In this document: positions 1 through 10,096 of the stretch, one piece after another
How the letters are laid out: the number at the start of each line of letters is the position of its first letter
How positions within the stretch are numbered: the first letter of the stretch is position 1
Source: an uncultured Gemmatimonadales bacterium
GTDB taxonomy: Bacteria > Gemmatimonadota > Gemmatimonadetes > Gemmatimonadales > Gemmatimonadaceae
Reading direction: 5' to 3'
Assembly: GCA_963707505.1 (NCBI GenBank)
Contig: CAVPQB010000004.1
Span: forward strand, 96,001 to 160,000
Length of the DNA stretch: 64,000 nt
Notes under the pieces: model-generated
Seen by the model: only the letters and a program-made list of their open reading frames with translations
Database searches by the model: none
Told to the model about the DNA's origin: nothing
Position numbers and translations under genes: made by a program

Positions 1-2
1 TC

Positions 3-1196
3 GAAGGGCGTGCGGCGCACTGGCACAGCTCGGCGATCGCGACGAGAGCGCTGATTGCTGGACTCGTAGGACTCGTACTGTGTATCGTTGCGCTACTCGT
101 GAATCCGCGGCGTGCATTTGCAGCATATCTGTTCGCGTACGTGACCGTGCTCACGTTGGTCCTCGGCGCACTGATACAGGTGATGATCAGTCACGTTACC
201 GCAGCCAGGTGGTTCACCGTGCTGCGCAGGCTGACTCTCACCGTGACGACATCGCTCCCGTTGCTGGCAGTGCTCGTACTGCCGGTTCTGTTTGGCGTGC
301 AGCGCCTGTATCCGTGGGCGCGCGCAGCATCGTTGTCACCCGACATGCGCAAGCTGGTGGTACACCGACAGGCCTGGCTCAACGTTCCATTTTTCGCGGT
401 GCGCGCGATCATCTACGTTGTCGTGTTCGCCGCTTGCGGCGAGATGTTACGCCGCTGGGCAGCGCGAGAGAATCATGTGTCACGCACAGGCGATGTAGTG
501 ATGGTGCTGCGACGACAGCGGCGTGCAAGTGCGATAGGACTGGTCGTAGTTGGCCTGACTCTCACGCTCGTGGCCTTCGACTGGCTCATGCCACTGGATA
601 CGGAATGGTATTCAACGGTGTACGGCGTTTACGTGTTCGCGGGAGGATTCGTCGCGGCGCTGGGATTCATAGCGTTGCTTGCATATGCCGCTTCACGCAA
701 TGGGGGCGCGCTGGACGGATCTGTGAGCGACGAACACTTCGGCGCCCTCGGAAAGCTGATGCTTACCTTCGTGATATTCTGGGCATATATCGCCTTTTCG
801 CAATTTCTGATAATCTGGATCGGTGACATCCCGGCGGATTCCTCATGGTACGTCGTGCGGGGGTCGGGAAGTTGGGGTACGCTCGGACTGATTGTAGTGA
901 TCGGGCAATTCGCGATTCCATTCGTCCTGCTACTGTCGCGTACGCTCAAGCGCCGGCCACCAGCGCTTGCGGCGATCGGCACCTGGCTCGTCATCATGCA
1001 CGTGCTGGACGTGTACTGGCTGGTATTACCTGCATTCGATCCATCAGGGATGAAGTTGAGCTGGATGGACCTGTCGGCGCTTCTCATGGTCGGTGGCCTT
1101 GCTACGGCGTCGGCGGCGCGCAGAGTTCGCGGACGTGCAGCGATTCCGGTGAACGATCCCTACATCGCGCAGGCCGTGTACTATGTCGAGCCGTGA
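3..1196 (+). CDS. actF: ActF-like polytopic membrane protein (alternative complex III / NrfD-PsrC-like), 5' end outside window
   Basis: Frame is open from base 3 (EGRAAHW...LVNPRRAFAAYLFAY). About 10 hydrophobic helices. Motifs DWLMPLDTEWYSTVYG and FWAYIAFSQFLIIWIGDIP are typical of ActF. Confidence 0.7.
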   Translation, partial: EGRAAHWHSSAIATRALIAGLVGLVLCIVALLVNPRRAFAAYLFAYVTVLTLVLGALIQVMISHVTAARWFTVLRRLTLTVTTSLPLLAVLVLPVLFGVQRLYPWARAASLSPDMRKLVVHRQAWLNVPFFAVRAIIYVVVFAACGEMLRRWAARENHVSRTGDVVMVLRRQRRASAIGLVVVGLTLTLVAFDWLMPLDTEWYSTVYGVYVFAGGFVAALGFIALLAYAASRNGGALDGSVSDEHFGALGKLMLTFVIFWAYIAFSQFLIIWIGDIPADSSWYVVRGSGSWGTLGLIVVIGQFAIPFVLLLSRTLKRRPPALAAIGTWLVIMHVLDVYWLVLPAFDPSGMKLSWMDLSALLMVGGLATASAARRVRGRAAIPVNDPYIAQAVYYVEP

Positions 1197-1572
1197 CCTC
1201 CAGGTCGTAGCGGCGCTGATTGCTGTGGGGAGTGTCGTGATGCTCTGTGCCTGCGGTGACACAATCACGCGCGATTCAGTTGCATTGAGCGGAGGTGACG
1301 CCGAGCATGGAAAGGCGGTGATCCAGCGCTATGGTTGCAACACATGTCACGCGATTGCAGGATTCCCGGATCCACTGGCGGCGGTGGCGGCGCCGGTCAC
1401 CGGAATCGCAGATCGCGCCTACATTGCTGGAATGTTGCCGACCACCCCCGAAAATCTCGTGCTGTGGATTCGATTCCCGCGCAACGTAAAGCCGGGGACC
1501 GCGATGCCGGATCTCGGTGTGTCCGAGCGCGAAGCACGGGACGTAGCAACGTATCTGTACTCACTGCGGTAG
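1183..1572 (+). CDS. Monoheme class I cytochrome c, probable lipoprotein
   Basis: CNTCH heme motif, distal Met in KPGTAMP, N-terminal hydrophobic stretch ending LCAC; overlaps upstream stop. Confidence 0.9.
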   Translation: MSSRDLQVVAALIAVGSVVMLCACGDTITRDSVALSGGDAEHGKAVIQRYGCNTCHAIAGFPDPLAAVAAPVTGIADRAYIAGMLPTTPENLVLWIRFPRNVKPGTAMPDLGVSEREARDVATYLYSLR

Positions 1573-1586
1573 AGCTTCGCGCTGTG

Positions 1587-3044
1587 CTAATACGCCAGCG
1601 TCACAATTGAGGTGCCGGAAACCCCATCACAGGTTGCAGTGATCGTTATGCCGGATGCGTTGCCATGTCTGACGGCGGTTACCTTGGCAGTGGTTGCACC
1701 TGTGCTGGTGACTGAAACGCGGCTGCTGTCGCTGGAGCTCCAGGTGATCGTGTGACCGTTGATCACCTGGTTGTTCGCATCGACAGCTTTCGCCGTCAGC
1801 GTCTTTGGATGGTTGTTGTCGAGCGTAAGCGCACCCGGGTTCACAGTCACGCTGGCAACGGTGACGGGTCCTGATACCGTCACTGATGCAGTGCCGCTTT
1901 TCCCTTCGCTGGTCGCGGTGATGGTTGCATTGCCAGCGGCGACCGCCGTGACATCGCCGCTGTTCGATACCGTCGCGACGTTCGGGGCGCTGGACGACCA
2001 TGTGACCGTGCGTCCGGTGAGCGTTGCGCCGTTGGCCTGCTTCACGGTCGCTGTAAGGGTTGCCGTTCCGCCGATCGCGAGCGCTGTTGTGGGCGGACTG
2101 ACAGTAACGGAAGCGACCGGTGTCGGCGGTGGAGTAGTTGCCGTCACAACGACCTGAGCCGTTCCGGTCTTCCCCTCGGAGGTCGCATTGATGGTCGTGC
2201 TACCTGCGCCGATCCCCTTCACCAGACCAGCCGTGGTCACCGTAGCTATCGATGTATTCGCTGACGACCAGGTGATCGTCCGGCCGGTCAGTGTGTTTCC
2301 GTTCGCATCGGTGGTGACCGCTGTCAGCGATGCCGACTGGCCGACATCCAGGGCTGCCGATCCCGGACTTACCGCGACCGACGCGACAGGAATCACTGTC
2401 ACCGTTATGGCCGACGATCCCGCTTTGCCTTCGACAGTTCCGGTGACGGTTGCCGTTCCGGCGGCAACGCCCGTCACCTGACCCGAGGAATTGACCGTCG
2501 CAACCTGTGGCGCCGAGCTCGCCCAGACCACGGTACGCCCGGACAGTGTGTTCCCACTCGCGTCATACGCAATGCCCTGCAGCGTCACCGTTCCGCCAAT
2601 GGTGATTGTAGCAGTTGCCGGAGCTATGGCGACGGAGGCGACGCCGATCGGGAGCACAGTTACCGGGACCACGGCCGACTGACCGCTCGAGCTCGCGGCG
2701 ATCTGGGTCGTTCCGACGCTGTTCCCGGTCACGACACCGGCCGACGATACTGAGACGATGCTCGTGTCGTTGCTGGACCAGAAGACGGTCGCACCAGGCA
2801 CGAGCTGACCGCTGGCGTCGTGCACCTGCGCCTGCAAGGCGATCTGTGCCCCGACCGCGACCGCGGGCGCGTTGGGGCTTATCGCTATCTGAGCGGGAGA
2901 CGGACCTGGCGGCGCAACGGAGTCCGACCCACTCCCGCCACACGCGAGAAATCCGGCGACGAGGACGAGAGCGAGGAATGCACCAGCGCAGCGATCTGCC
3001 TGGAAAAATTGAGGCTGACGGCGATGTAGCATCGATCTACCCAA
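1587..3044 (-). CDS. Lipoprotein made of 5 tandem bacterial Ig-like (BIG2) domains
   Basis: Lipobox FLAC-GG. Five ~85-aa repeats of the form VASVxVxP...D.NG..L.GR.VTWSS....VATV...G.VT....G.ATITAT.EG. Exact start uncertain (alternative ATG at 3032). Confidence 0.85.
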   Translation of the reverse strand: MGRSMLHRRQPQFFQADRCAGAFLALVLVAGFLACGGSGSDSVAPPGPSPAQIAISPNAPAVAVGAQIALQAQVHDASGQLVPGATVFWSSNDTSIVSVSSAGVVTGNSVGTTQIAASSSGQSAVVPVTVLPIGVASVAIAPATATITIGGTVTLQGIAYDASGNTLSGRTVVWASSAPQVATVNSSGQVTGVAAGTATVTGTVEGKAGSSAITVTVIPVASVAVSPGSAALDVGQSASLTAVTTDANGNTLTGRTITWSSANTSIATVTTAGLVKGIGAGSTTINATSEGKTGTAQVVVTATTPPPTPVASVTVSPPTTALAIGGTATLTATVKQANGATLTGRTVTWSSSAPNVATVSNSGDVTAVAAGNATITATSEGKSGTASVTVSGPVTVASVTVNPGALTLDNNHPKTLTAKAVDANNQVINGHTITWSSSDSSRVSVTSTGATTAKVTAVRHGNASGITITATCDGVSGTSIVTLAY

Positions 3045-3139
3045 CCCAATGCGTTCTGAGGCAGGCTCCGTAAGGAACGAACGAATGTGCTGTGGCGGCA
3101 GGAGTTGTCATCCGGGGCCAGTGATGGAGACGGGACTCC

Positions 3140-3158
3140 TATACGCACAAGTCGCGCC
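3140..3158 (-). promoter_or_regulatory. Putative sigma54 (-24/-12) promoter upstream of the 5-domain Ig gene
   Basis: Minus strand reads GGCGCGACTTGTGCGTATA (GG-N10-GC); near-identical motif at 10097-10116. Confidence 0.45.
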
Positions 3159-3214
3159 GACGTCGCTGGAACCAGGGGTGCGAATGCCTTCGCACCGTAC
3201 TGCAGAAATGGGCC

Positions 3215-4111
3215 CTAGCGGATGGTCAGCCCAAAGCCAACGGATCTCGGCCCGAAGGCCAGCAGAGGTGCCGCAGACATTCCCCGCGCGGCTTCCTGCG
3301 CGGCTGTGGCGCTACGGGCAGCGTGTGCGTGGGTGGCCGCCTCGATTGCCGCGATGACGGCGATGCCAGCTGCCGCTCCGATGCCGACAGCGGAGTTCGG
3401 GCGTTCGCTGCGCGTCTCGGTCGTTTGATAGGTGTAGCTGTGGCCGAGCGGATCGATGGCAGTGTGAGTTACCTGTACCGTCTTGTTCTGGGACTGCAGT
3501 CCGTACGCAATCGCGCCGCCCGAGACGGCCAGCACCAGCACTCCCGCGAACGGGCGATGCGTCGTCATCTGGCCGAGTCCGGGAATGATAAGGCCACCCA
3601 GGAACACACCTGCTGGAGCCGGCATGCTGGCGACAGACGCAGCGACTGGTATTCGAACGACCGTGGTGTCGGGTGGAAGTGCGAGCGCGAGCTCTGCAAT
3701 TCGCTGGCGCACGTCGCCAGCTTCGGCGGCACCGGGGTTGATCGCCAGAAAACGGCAATACTCGCGCATCGCGCGCTGGTCGTGCGTGGCTTCGTATTCG
3801 CGGCCGAGCGCGTATGCGATACTGGGATCGGTCGGATTGATATCCGCAGCCTGTTGGTACAGCGAGGTCGCGGCCGCGTTATCACCGACGATCGACGCTG
3901 CCTGCGCGCGTCCGGCGATGAGCCGTGCGGCGGATTTCGCGCTGTCAGATACCGGAGCGAGCGGACCCACGATACTGACGCAGCGACCTGGCAAGGTCGA
4001 TCGCGCCACGTCGGACGGCGTTGACTGTGCGCGACCAGTGGAAGCGGAGATGGAGGATCCGATCAGCAAAAGCGCTACGGTGCGCAGTCCAGGGAATGGT
4101 GCGTTAGTCAT
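3215..4111 (-). CDS. Secreted TPR protein with C-terminal hydrophobic DUF5683-like region
   Basis: Signal peptide ending GRA-Q; TPR-like helices (AATSLYQQAADINPTDPSIAYALGREYE); IIPGLGQ motif, two hydrophobic segments and terminal strand VGFGLTIR. Confidence 0.7.
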   Translation of the reverse strand: MTNAPFPGLRTVALLLIGSSISASTGRAQSTPSDVARSTLPGRCVSIVGPLAPVSDSAKSAARLIAGRAQAASIVGDNAAATSLYQQAADINPTDPSIAYALGREYEATHDQRAMREYCRFLAINPGAAEAGDVRQRIAELALALPPDTTVVRIPVAASVASMPAPAGVFLGGLIIPGLGQMTTHRPFAGVLVLAVSGGAIAYGLQSQNKTVQVTHTAIDPLGHSYTYQTTETRSERPNSAVGIGAAAGIAVIAAIEAATHAHAARSATAAQEAARGMSAAPLLAFGPRSVGFGLTIR

Positions 4112-6579
4112 GGTATCAAGAAAGTAATCGACCCGGTTGTTCCGTCTATCAGCGCGTTGATTGTCACGCTTCCAGAGTTAAGTATGGTGACAAGGCCATT
4201 GGTATCTACGGTCGCCAGCGTAGGATCTGTCGACGCCCATGTGACGGCGCGTCCGGTGAGCACGTTACCTCCTGCGTCCGTTGGCGTCGCTGTGAGTTGA
4301 GCGGTCTGCCCGATCATCGGGTTGGGGCGCGAAGAGGTAACCGATACCGCTGCAACCGGTACCAGCGAAACTGTAACCGTCGCGCTTCCGCTCATGCCTT
4401 CACTCGTCGCGGTTATTATCGCGGTTCCCGAATCTACCGCAGTGACGAGGCCTGTCGTTTGGTTGACGGTTGCGACGGCCGGCTTGTTGGACGTCCATGT
4501 TGTGACACGTCCGGTAAGCACGAAGCCAGGCGCATCCTTGGTCGTGTCGGTGAATGTCTGTGTGCCCCCGACGATCAGTGCCGCGCTCTGCGGCGCGACG
4601 GTAACGGTGGCGACGGGTGCAGCCGTTACCGTGAGCGTTGCTGTGCCGGAGACTGCTCCGCTCGGCTGAGTAAACGTTGCGGTAACGGTGGCACTGCCGG
4701 GACTTACTCCCGTGACGACACCCGTGCTCGCGTTTATTGTCGCAATCGAAGCTGGCGCGACCGACCACGTGACCGTGCGACCCGTCAGCGTGTTGCCATT
4801 CGCATCTTTGGTGACCGCTGTCAGGTTTGTCGTCAGGTGCTCAACTACCGATGGACTCGGCGGAGAGATTGTAACAGTTGCGACCGGTATTGGAATCACT
4901 GTGATCGCTGCGGTGCCAGCCTTCCCCTCGCTTGCCCCCGTAATCGTTGCGCTGCCGGCCGTGAGGCCCTTCACGAGTTCCACTCGCATCTACAGAGGCA
5001 ACTGCCGGGGCACTTGATGACCATGTGACTGCGCGATTCGCCAGCACTATTCCCGAATGCATCTTTTGTGGTGCCGGTCAGAGTCACCGTTGCGGCAACC
5101 TGTATGGTCGCGCTCGTCGGAGCCACTAACGGACCGATGCAACCGGCACCCGAGGACGGTAACAATAACAGAAGCGCTCGCCGTATCACTTCTGGCCGTA
5201 ATGGGTGCGGATCCAACAAACTTACCGGTGACCAATCCGTTCGCTGACACTGTTGCGACCGACGACCCGTTGTTGGACCAGGTTACGGGGCGTCCGCTCA
5301 GGGCGTTACCTGCTGAATCGCGTACGGTGGCGACCAATGTCACAGTTTGTCCGGAATCAATCGTTGCGCCATTCGGAAGGATTGTCACCGATGCAACGGA
5401 CGGGGGTGCGGGCGGCAGAACGGTTATCGTCGCACTTCCATTCTTGCCTTCGCTGGTCGCCGTAATCGTTGCCGAGCCGGGCGTCTTCGCGTCGACGACA
5501 CCCGTGTTCGATACGGTTGCAATCGCCGTCGCACTGCTCGACCATGTAATCACGCGCCCGGACAGCGCAGCACCGCTCGCGTCGCGCAATGTTGCGGAAA
5601 GCGTGACCGATCCGCCGATGTTGAGGCTGGTAGTTCCCGGAGTCACCACGACCGACGCAACCGGAATCGGTGGTGGCGGTGTCGTCGCGGTGATAACTAC
5701 CTGCGCTGATCCCGTCTTGCCTTCCGCCGTCGCGCTGATGTTGGTAGTGCCGGCGCCCACGCCGGTCACGAGGCCGGACGTGCTCACAGTTGCAATCGAC
5801 GTATTCGCAGACGCCCACGCGATGGGACGACCGGTCAGGGGGTTACCGTTGCCGTCCGTCACCACTGCGTTGAACGCCTTGGATGCTCCCACATCGAGTG
5901 CAGCGGATCCGGGCGTCACTGCAACCGCTGCGACGGGGATTACTGTAACCGTGATCGCGGACGATGCGGTTTTTCCCTCGACAGTTCCGCTCACCGTTGC
6001 CGTGCCGGCGGCGAGGGCGGTGACCTTGCCCGACGCGTCCACCGTCGCAACCTGGGACGCCGAGCTGGCCCAGACGATCGCTCGTCCGCTGAGCGGATTG
6101 GCATTTGCGTCGTATGCTACGGTTTGCAAGGTGACAGTGCCACCTATCACAAGCGTCGCCGCGGATGGAAGCACAGCCACCGATGCAACCGGAACCTGCT
6201 GCACTGTAACCGTTGTTACGGCCGACGCACCGCTCGAGCTCGCTGCGATCTGTGTATTCCCGACGGACTTTCCGGTAATGACTCCCGCCGATGACACTGT
6301 GACAACATTCGTGTCAGCGCTGGACCAGAATACTGTCGCGCCGGAGATCACCTGTCCATTCGCACCGCGTACCTCGGCCTGCAACGTAGCCTGCGCGCCG
6401 ACCGTGATCGACGGCGCATTCGGCGTTATGGCGATCTGAACTCCACCACCGCCACCACCCGGGGAGACCGAATCCGTCGAGCCGCCGCACGCGAGCAGCG
6501 CAGCGACTGCCACGATCGGACGGCAGTCGATCCAGAAACGGTGGACTCGCGACGCGAGCGATTCACACCGGCTACGCAT
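4108..6579 (-). pseudogene. Lipoprotein with 9 tandem BIG2 Ig-like domains, interrupted by four clustered indels (pseudogene or assembly error)
   Basis: ATG 6579, lipobox LLAC-GG. ORFs 5047..6717 and 4108..4989 are in the same frame. The sixth Ig domain can be rebuilt from pieces in other frames between about 5155 and 4975. Confidence 0.8.
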
Positions 6580-6586
6580 GCGGCTC

Positions 6587-9112
6587 TTACGCTGGTTTTT
6601 CGATGTAGGTTGGGCGCAGACGATGCTCGCGTGTGCCGTCACCCAACTGTCCATCCAGGTTGTAACCCCAACAGAAGAGATCGCCCGGCTCCGTCGTGCC
6701 GCATGTGTGTGATCCAAAGGAATTCACGGTCCTGAATTCGTGACCACCGGAAACCGGCACTGGTATCGTGCGAGTGATTGTTGAACCGTCGCCAAGCTGG
6801 CCGTAAGTGTTGCGGCCCCAGCACCATGCATCGCCGCCCCGCGTCAATGCGCAGGTGTGTACGCTTCCCGCCGACAACGCAACGAAGCGCGCATTGCCGC
6901 TCACTTCGGTCGGAGTAAAGTGCGTGCCGTGCGTGCCATCGCCCAGCTGGCCGTACTGATTGTCGCCCCAGCAATACGCGGCGCCGCTGCTCGTGGTGCC
7001 GCAGGTGTGCGCGCTTCCCGCGCTCAGAGTCGTGAACCGCACGTCGCTTCGCACCGGCGTCGGAGTGGAGTGGTCGCCGATCGTGCCGTCACCCAGTTGT
7101 CCGGAGTCGTTCGCGCCCCAGCAGTACGCGCGTCCGGCATCTGTCAATCCGCAGACGTGGTTCCATCCAGCCGCGAGCATCGCGAACGAAACGTTCGTGG
7201 AAACCTTCTCGGGCGTGATTCGCTCGCTCGCCGCTCCATCGCCGATCTGACCGCGGTTTCCCGCGCCCCAGCAATATGCAGTGCCATCGCTCGCCAGACC
7301 GCAGCTGAATCCCGATCCACTCACGACCGACGTCAGCGAACGCGCCAGTGCGACCCGCATCGGTGTGTCATGCGACGCGTGGGTGCCGTCGCCGAGTTGC
7401 CCGTGGTCGTTGTTACCCCAGCAGTAAACCGTGCCGCGTGCAAGCGCGCACGTGTGCGACAGACCGGCGGAGATGCTGGAGAAGTGCATGCTGCCAGTAA
7501 CCGCAGTCGGCGTTGGTGCTGCGCCCTGTGACGTACCCGTGCCAAGCTGACCGCTGCTGTTGGCGCCCCAGCAGTATGTACCACCCGCCAACGCAATGAG
7601 ACAGGTGTGTGCACCACCAGCGGCGATCGTCGAGCGGCCACTCGCCACTACCATCAGCGGCGCGGGGGCCGCGGGAAGCGGCATCGTCGTCGGTACGTTC
7701 GTCTGCGCCGCGGATTCCGGCAGTGTTGCGCCTGTTATTGCGCCTGCCGCTCCGCCCTTTGGTGCAGCAAGCGGTTTAGTCGATTTGAGCGCGCTCGAGT
7801 CGTGCGCAGCCGTGGCTGCAGGCGCGGCTGCAAGCGCGGCTGCGGCTGTGCCTGAATCGGCGCTGGTTGCAGATGGATCGGTCGTCGATTGTGCTGCGCC
7901 GGCCGCAGGTACGATTCCGGCGCCGGCGGAGTCGTACCTGCCGTAGTTGCTCACCGGTGAATGAGGCACGGCAGCGACGGCAGCACGCTTCACGTTCGGC
8001 GTGGTGTGCGTCGTAGCGTTACTTCCACCGCTGATGAGCGGCCCCCAGTTCGACACGGGCCACGCAAACAGCAACGTCGCGCTCACGAGTGCCGCGCCGA
8101 TCGCCGCAAATGGTGCAACGCGACGGATCCTGCTGCGAACCTGACGGGCCGGCGAGATCGCCATGGCGATGGTCTCGTCCGGTGCGGGTCCGGCGAATTC
8201 ACGCCTGCGCCGAATCGGTGCATCGGATATCAGCTCGTGCCGGAACTGCTCGGCGGACTGCCACCGGTCGGCCGGAGACTTCTCGAGCAGCCGCTCGATC
8301 GCTGCGACCAGCCGCACAGGCGTTTCTGGTCGCAGCGCGTCGATCGCCGCGAGCTGGTCGTGCTTCTGATGATAGATGACGTTGTACAACGTCTCGCCGT
8401 CCCACGGTCTCCGGCCAGTCAGTATCTCCCAGCCGACAAGTCCGAGACTGTAGAGATCGCTGCGCGCATCGGCGAGCGATCCGTCGATCTGCTCCGGCGC
8501 CATGTAGGTCGGCGTTCCGATCGCCACGCCGGCGAGCGTCAGTTGCTGCGTGTCGTTGCTGACCGAGCGCGCGATGCCGAAATCGGCGAGCAGCGCGCGG
8601 CCCGATGATTCGTCGATGAAGATGTTCTCGGGCTTGACGTCGCGGTGCACGATGCCACGCTCGTGCGCGAAGCTCAGTGCAGCGGCAATGTCGCTGAGTA
8701 TGCACGTCGCCTGATCGAATGCGATCTTCGGCCCATCGCGCAACATCTGCTTGAGCGTTCGGCCCGGCACGTGATCCATCACCAGTCCGAACCCCACGGC
8801 TTCGATCCATCGCACGGAGTGTGTCGCAACGATGTTGGGATGTTGCAGCTGCGCAACGAGACGCGCCTCGCGATCGAAGCGCGCAAGCGCCTCCTCATCG
8901 TCGAGGTGTTTCGTGTGAATCACCTTGACTGCGCGCTCGATTCCTGTTGCACGCTCGCGCATCAGATAGACGATCGCCATGCCGCCGCGGCCGATCTCAC
9001 GAATCAGCTCGTACGAATCGCTGAACGGAGCCGCACCAGCCAGCTCCGGCGGCGGATTCAGCGGCGGATGCAGCGGTGACTGCGCGAGGCTATCTGAGAA
9101 CGTCATGTCCAT
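6587..9112 (-). CDS. Hanks-type Ser/Thr protein kinase with TM helix, Ala/Pro/Thr linker and C-terminal 7-repeat RCC1 beta-propeller
   Basis: IGRGGMAIVY, AVK, HRDVKPEN, DFG and GTPTYMAPE all intact; TM segment FAAIGAALVSATLLFAW; seven xxAGxxHTC...YCWGxNxxGQLGDG repeats. Confidence 0.93.
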   Translation of the reverse strand: MDMTFSDSLAQSPLHPPLNPPPELAGAAPFSDSYELIREIGRGGMAIVYLMRERATGIERAVKVIHTKHLDDEEALARFDREARLVAQLQHPNIVATHSVRWIEAVGFGLVMDHVPGRTLKQMLRDGPKIAFDQATCILSDIAAALSFAHERGIVHRDVKPENIFIDESSGRALLADFGIARSVSNDTQQLTLAGVAIGTPTYMAPEQIDGSLADARSDLYSLGLVGWEILTGRRPWDGETLYNVIYHQKHDQLAAIDALRPETPVRLVAAIERLLEKSPADRWQSAEQFRHELISDAPIRRRREFAGPAPDETIAMAISPARQVRSRIRRVAPFAAIGAALVSATLLFAWPVSNWGPLISGGSNATTHTTPNVKRAAVAAVPHSPVSNYGRYDSAGAGIVPAAGAAQSTTDPSATSADSGTAAAALAAAPAATAAHDSSALKSTKPLAAPKGGAAGAITGATLPESAAQTNVPTTMPLPAAPAPLMVVASGRSTIAAGGAHTCLIALAGGTYCWGANSSGQLGTGTSQGAAPTPTAVTGSMHFSSISAGLSHTCALARGTVYCWGNNDHGQLGDGTHASHDTPMRVALARSLTSVVSGSGFSCGLASDGTAYCWGAGNRGQIGDGAASERITPEKVSTNVSFAMLAAGWNHVCGLTDAGRAYCWGANDSGQLGDGTIGDHSTPTPVRSDVRFTTLSAGSAHTCGTTSSGAAYCWGDNQYGQLGDGTHGTHFTPTEVSGNARFVALSAGSVHTCALTRGGDAWCWGRNTYGQLGDGSTITRTIPVPVSGGHEFRTVNSFGSHTCGTTEPGDLFCWGYNLDGQLGDGTREHRLRPTYIEKPA

Positions 9113-9124
9113 CGTGCGTGACCG

Positions 9125-9925
9125 TCAGCTCGCGAGGAAGCGCAGAGCCACTTCACCGAGCTCGATGCAGTCACCGTTGGAGAGTTTCCGCGCGGTGCCT
9201 CCATTGAGCAGGGCCCGATTGTTCACAAGTACAGGATTGGTCGTCGACAGGTTCGTTATCGTCCAGTGCCCATCCACGAAATCCATGCGTGCATGGCGAC
9301 GGCTGACGGTAGGTGCCTCGAGCGTGATGTGGCGGTACGGCGGACCCGTCTCGCGTCCTACCACGATGTGCGGCGCCTCACCGATCCTGCTCACCAGCCG
9401 AAAATCCTTTCCGGCAGCCTCGCCGGAGAGGACGTGGAGCCGGCCGGGCAGGATCTGGACAGCCTCATCCATTGGTCTGTGGAAGACGACCGTAGCGTCG
9501 GGTGACGGCTCGTCCATCTCATCGGCTTGCTCGATGCCACCCCGCACGTCGGCCAACGGCGCGACGCGAATCGGCTCTACGGGAAGTTCGAAAGCAGGCG
9601 CCGGGGGCCGTTCGTCGGCCGTCCTCTCACCCACCGTCGGGTAGTCGACGTAGTTGTCGAACGATCGTTCGAATGATTCCTCGTCCATTTCAGCCGGTTC
9701 TTCGACTGGCGGACGCATGGGGGCGCGGGCCCGCCGCGGAGCGGCACCAGCAGGCTGGATGTCGGACGCGCCCGGCGAGGTCGGAATTATCAAGAATGGA
9801 AGGGGCGGCTCGCTATACTGCCTGCGCTTCGCGACAGAGCGGTGGAATAGAAGATCGCGGTTCACCACGACCACCGGTCCGACAACGAAGAGAAGGAGAG
9901 CTACAATTACCAGTGCGATGTCCAT
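9125..9925 (-). CDS. N-terminally membrane-anchored FHA domain protein
   Basis: Hydrophobic N-terminus, Pro/Glu-rich linker, FHA motifs VGR...VSRRHA...NLSTTNPVLVNN...LSNGDCIELG. Confidence 0.9.
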   Translation of the reverse strand: MDIALVIVALLLFVVGPVVVVNRDLLFHRSVAKRRQYSEPPLPFLIIPTSPGASDIQPAGAAPRRARAPMRPPVEEPAEMDEESFERSFDNYVDYPTVGERTADERPPAPAFELPVEPIRVAPLADVRGGIEQADEMDEPSPDATVVFHRPMDEAVQILPGRLHVLSGEAAGKDFRLVSRIGEAPHIVVGRETGPPYRHITLEAPTVSRRHARMDFVDGHWTITNLSTTNPVLVNNRALLNGGTARKLSNGDCIELGEVALRFLAS

Positions 9926-10096
9926 CTGAGCAGTAGTGGAAATCAGAACCCGGACTTCGCCGGCTGCGTGCCAGCCAGCGCCACCTGCAATCCGATCGAC
10001 CCGATTCCTGGGTCCAACATCGGATCACACTACGTCGCCGCAAGGTACGCCAGCCTCTCCGCGGTGATAACCTCACGCGGCGGCCCGATCTCTCTG

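Noticed and set aside
5057..6439. 460-aa plus-strand ORF and similar ORFs opposite the Ig genes
   Set aside because: Antisense shadow of Val/Thr/Ala-rich repeat codons; no recognisable motifs.
6587..7640. RCC1 and BIG2 repeats as a possible CRISPR array or DGR template/variable repeat pair
   Set aside because: Repeats are degenerate protein-coding units; no identical repeats with spacers, no adenine-specific mismatch pair, and no reverse transcriptase or cas gene in the window.
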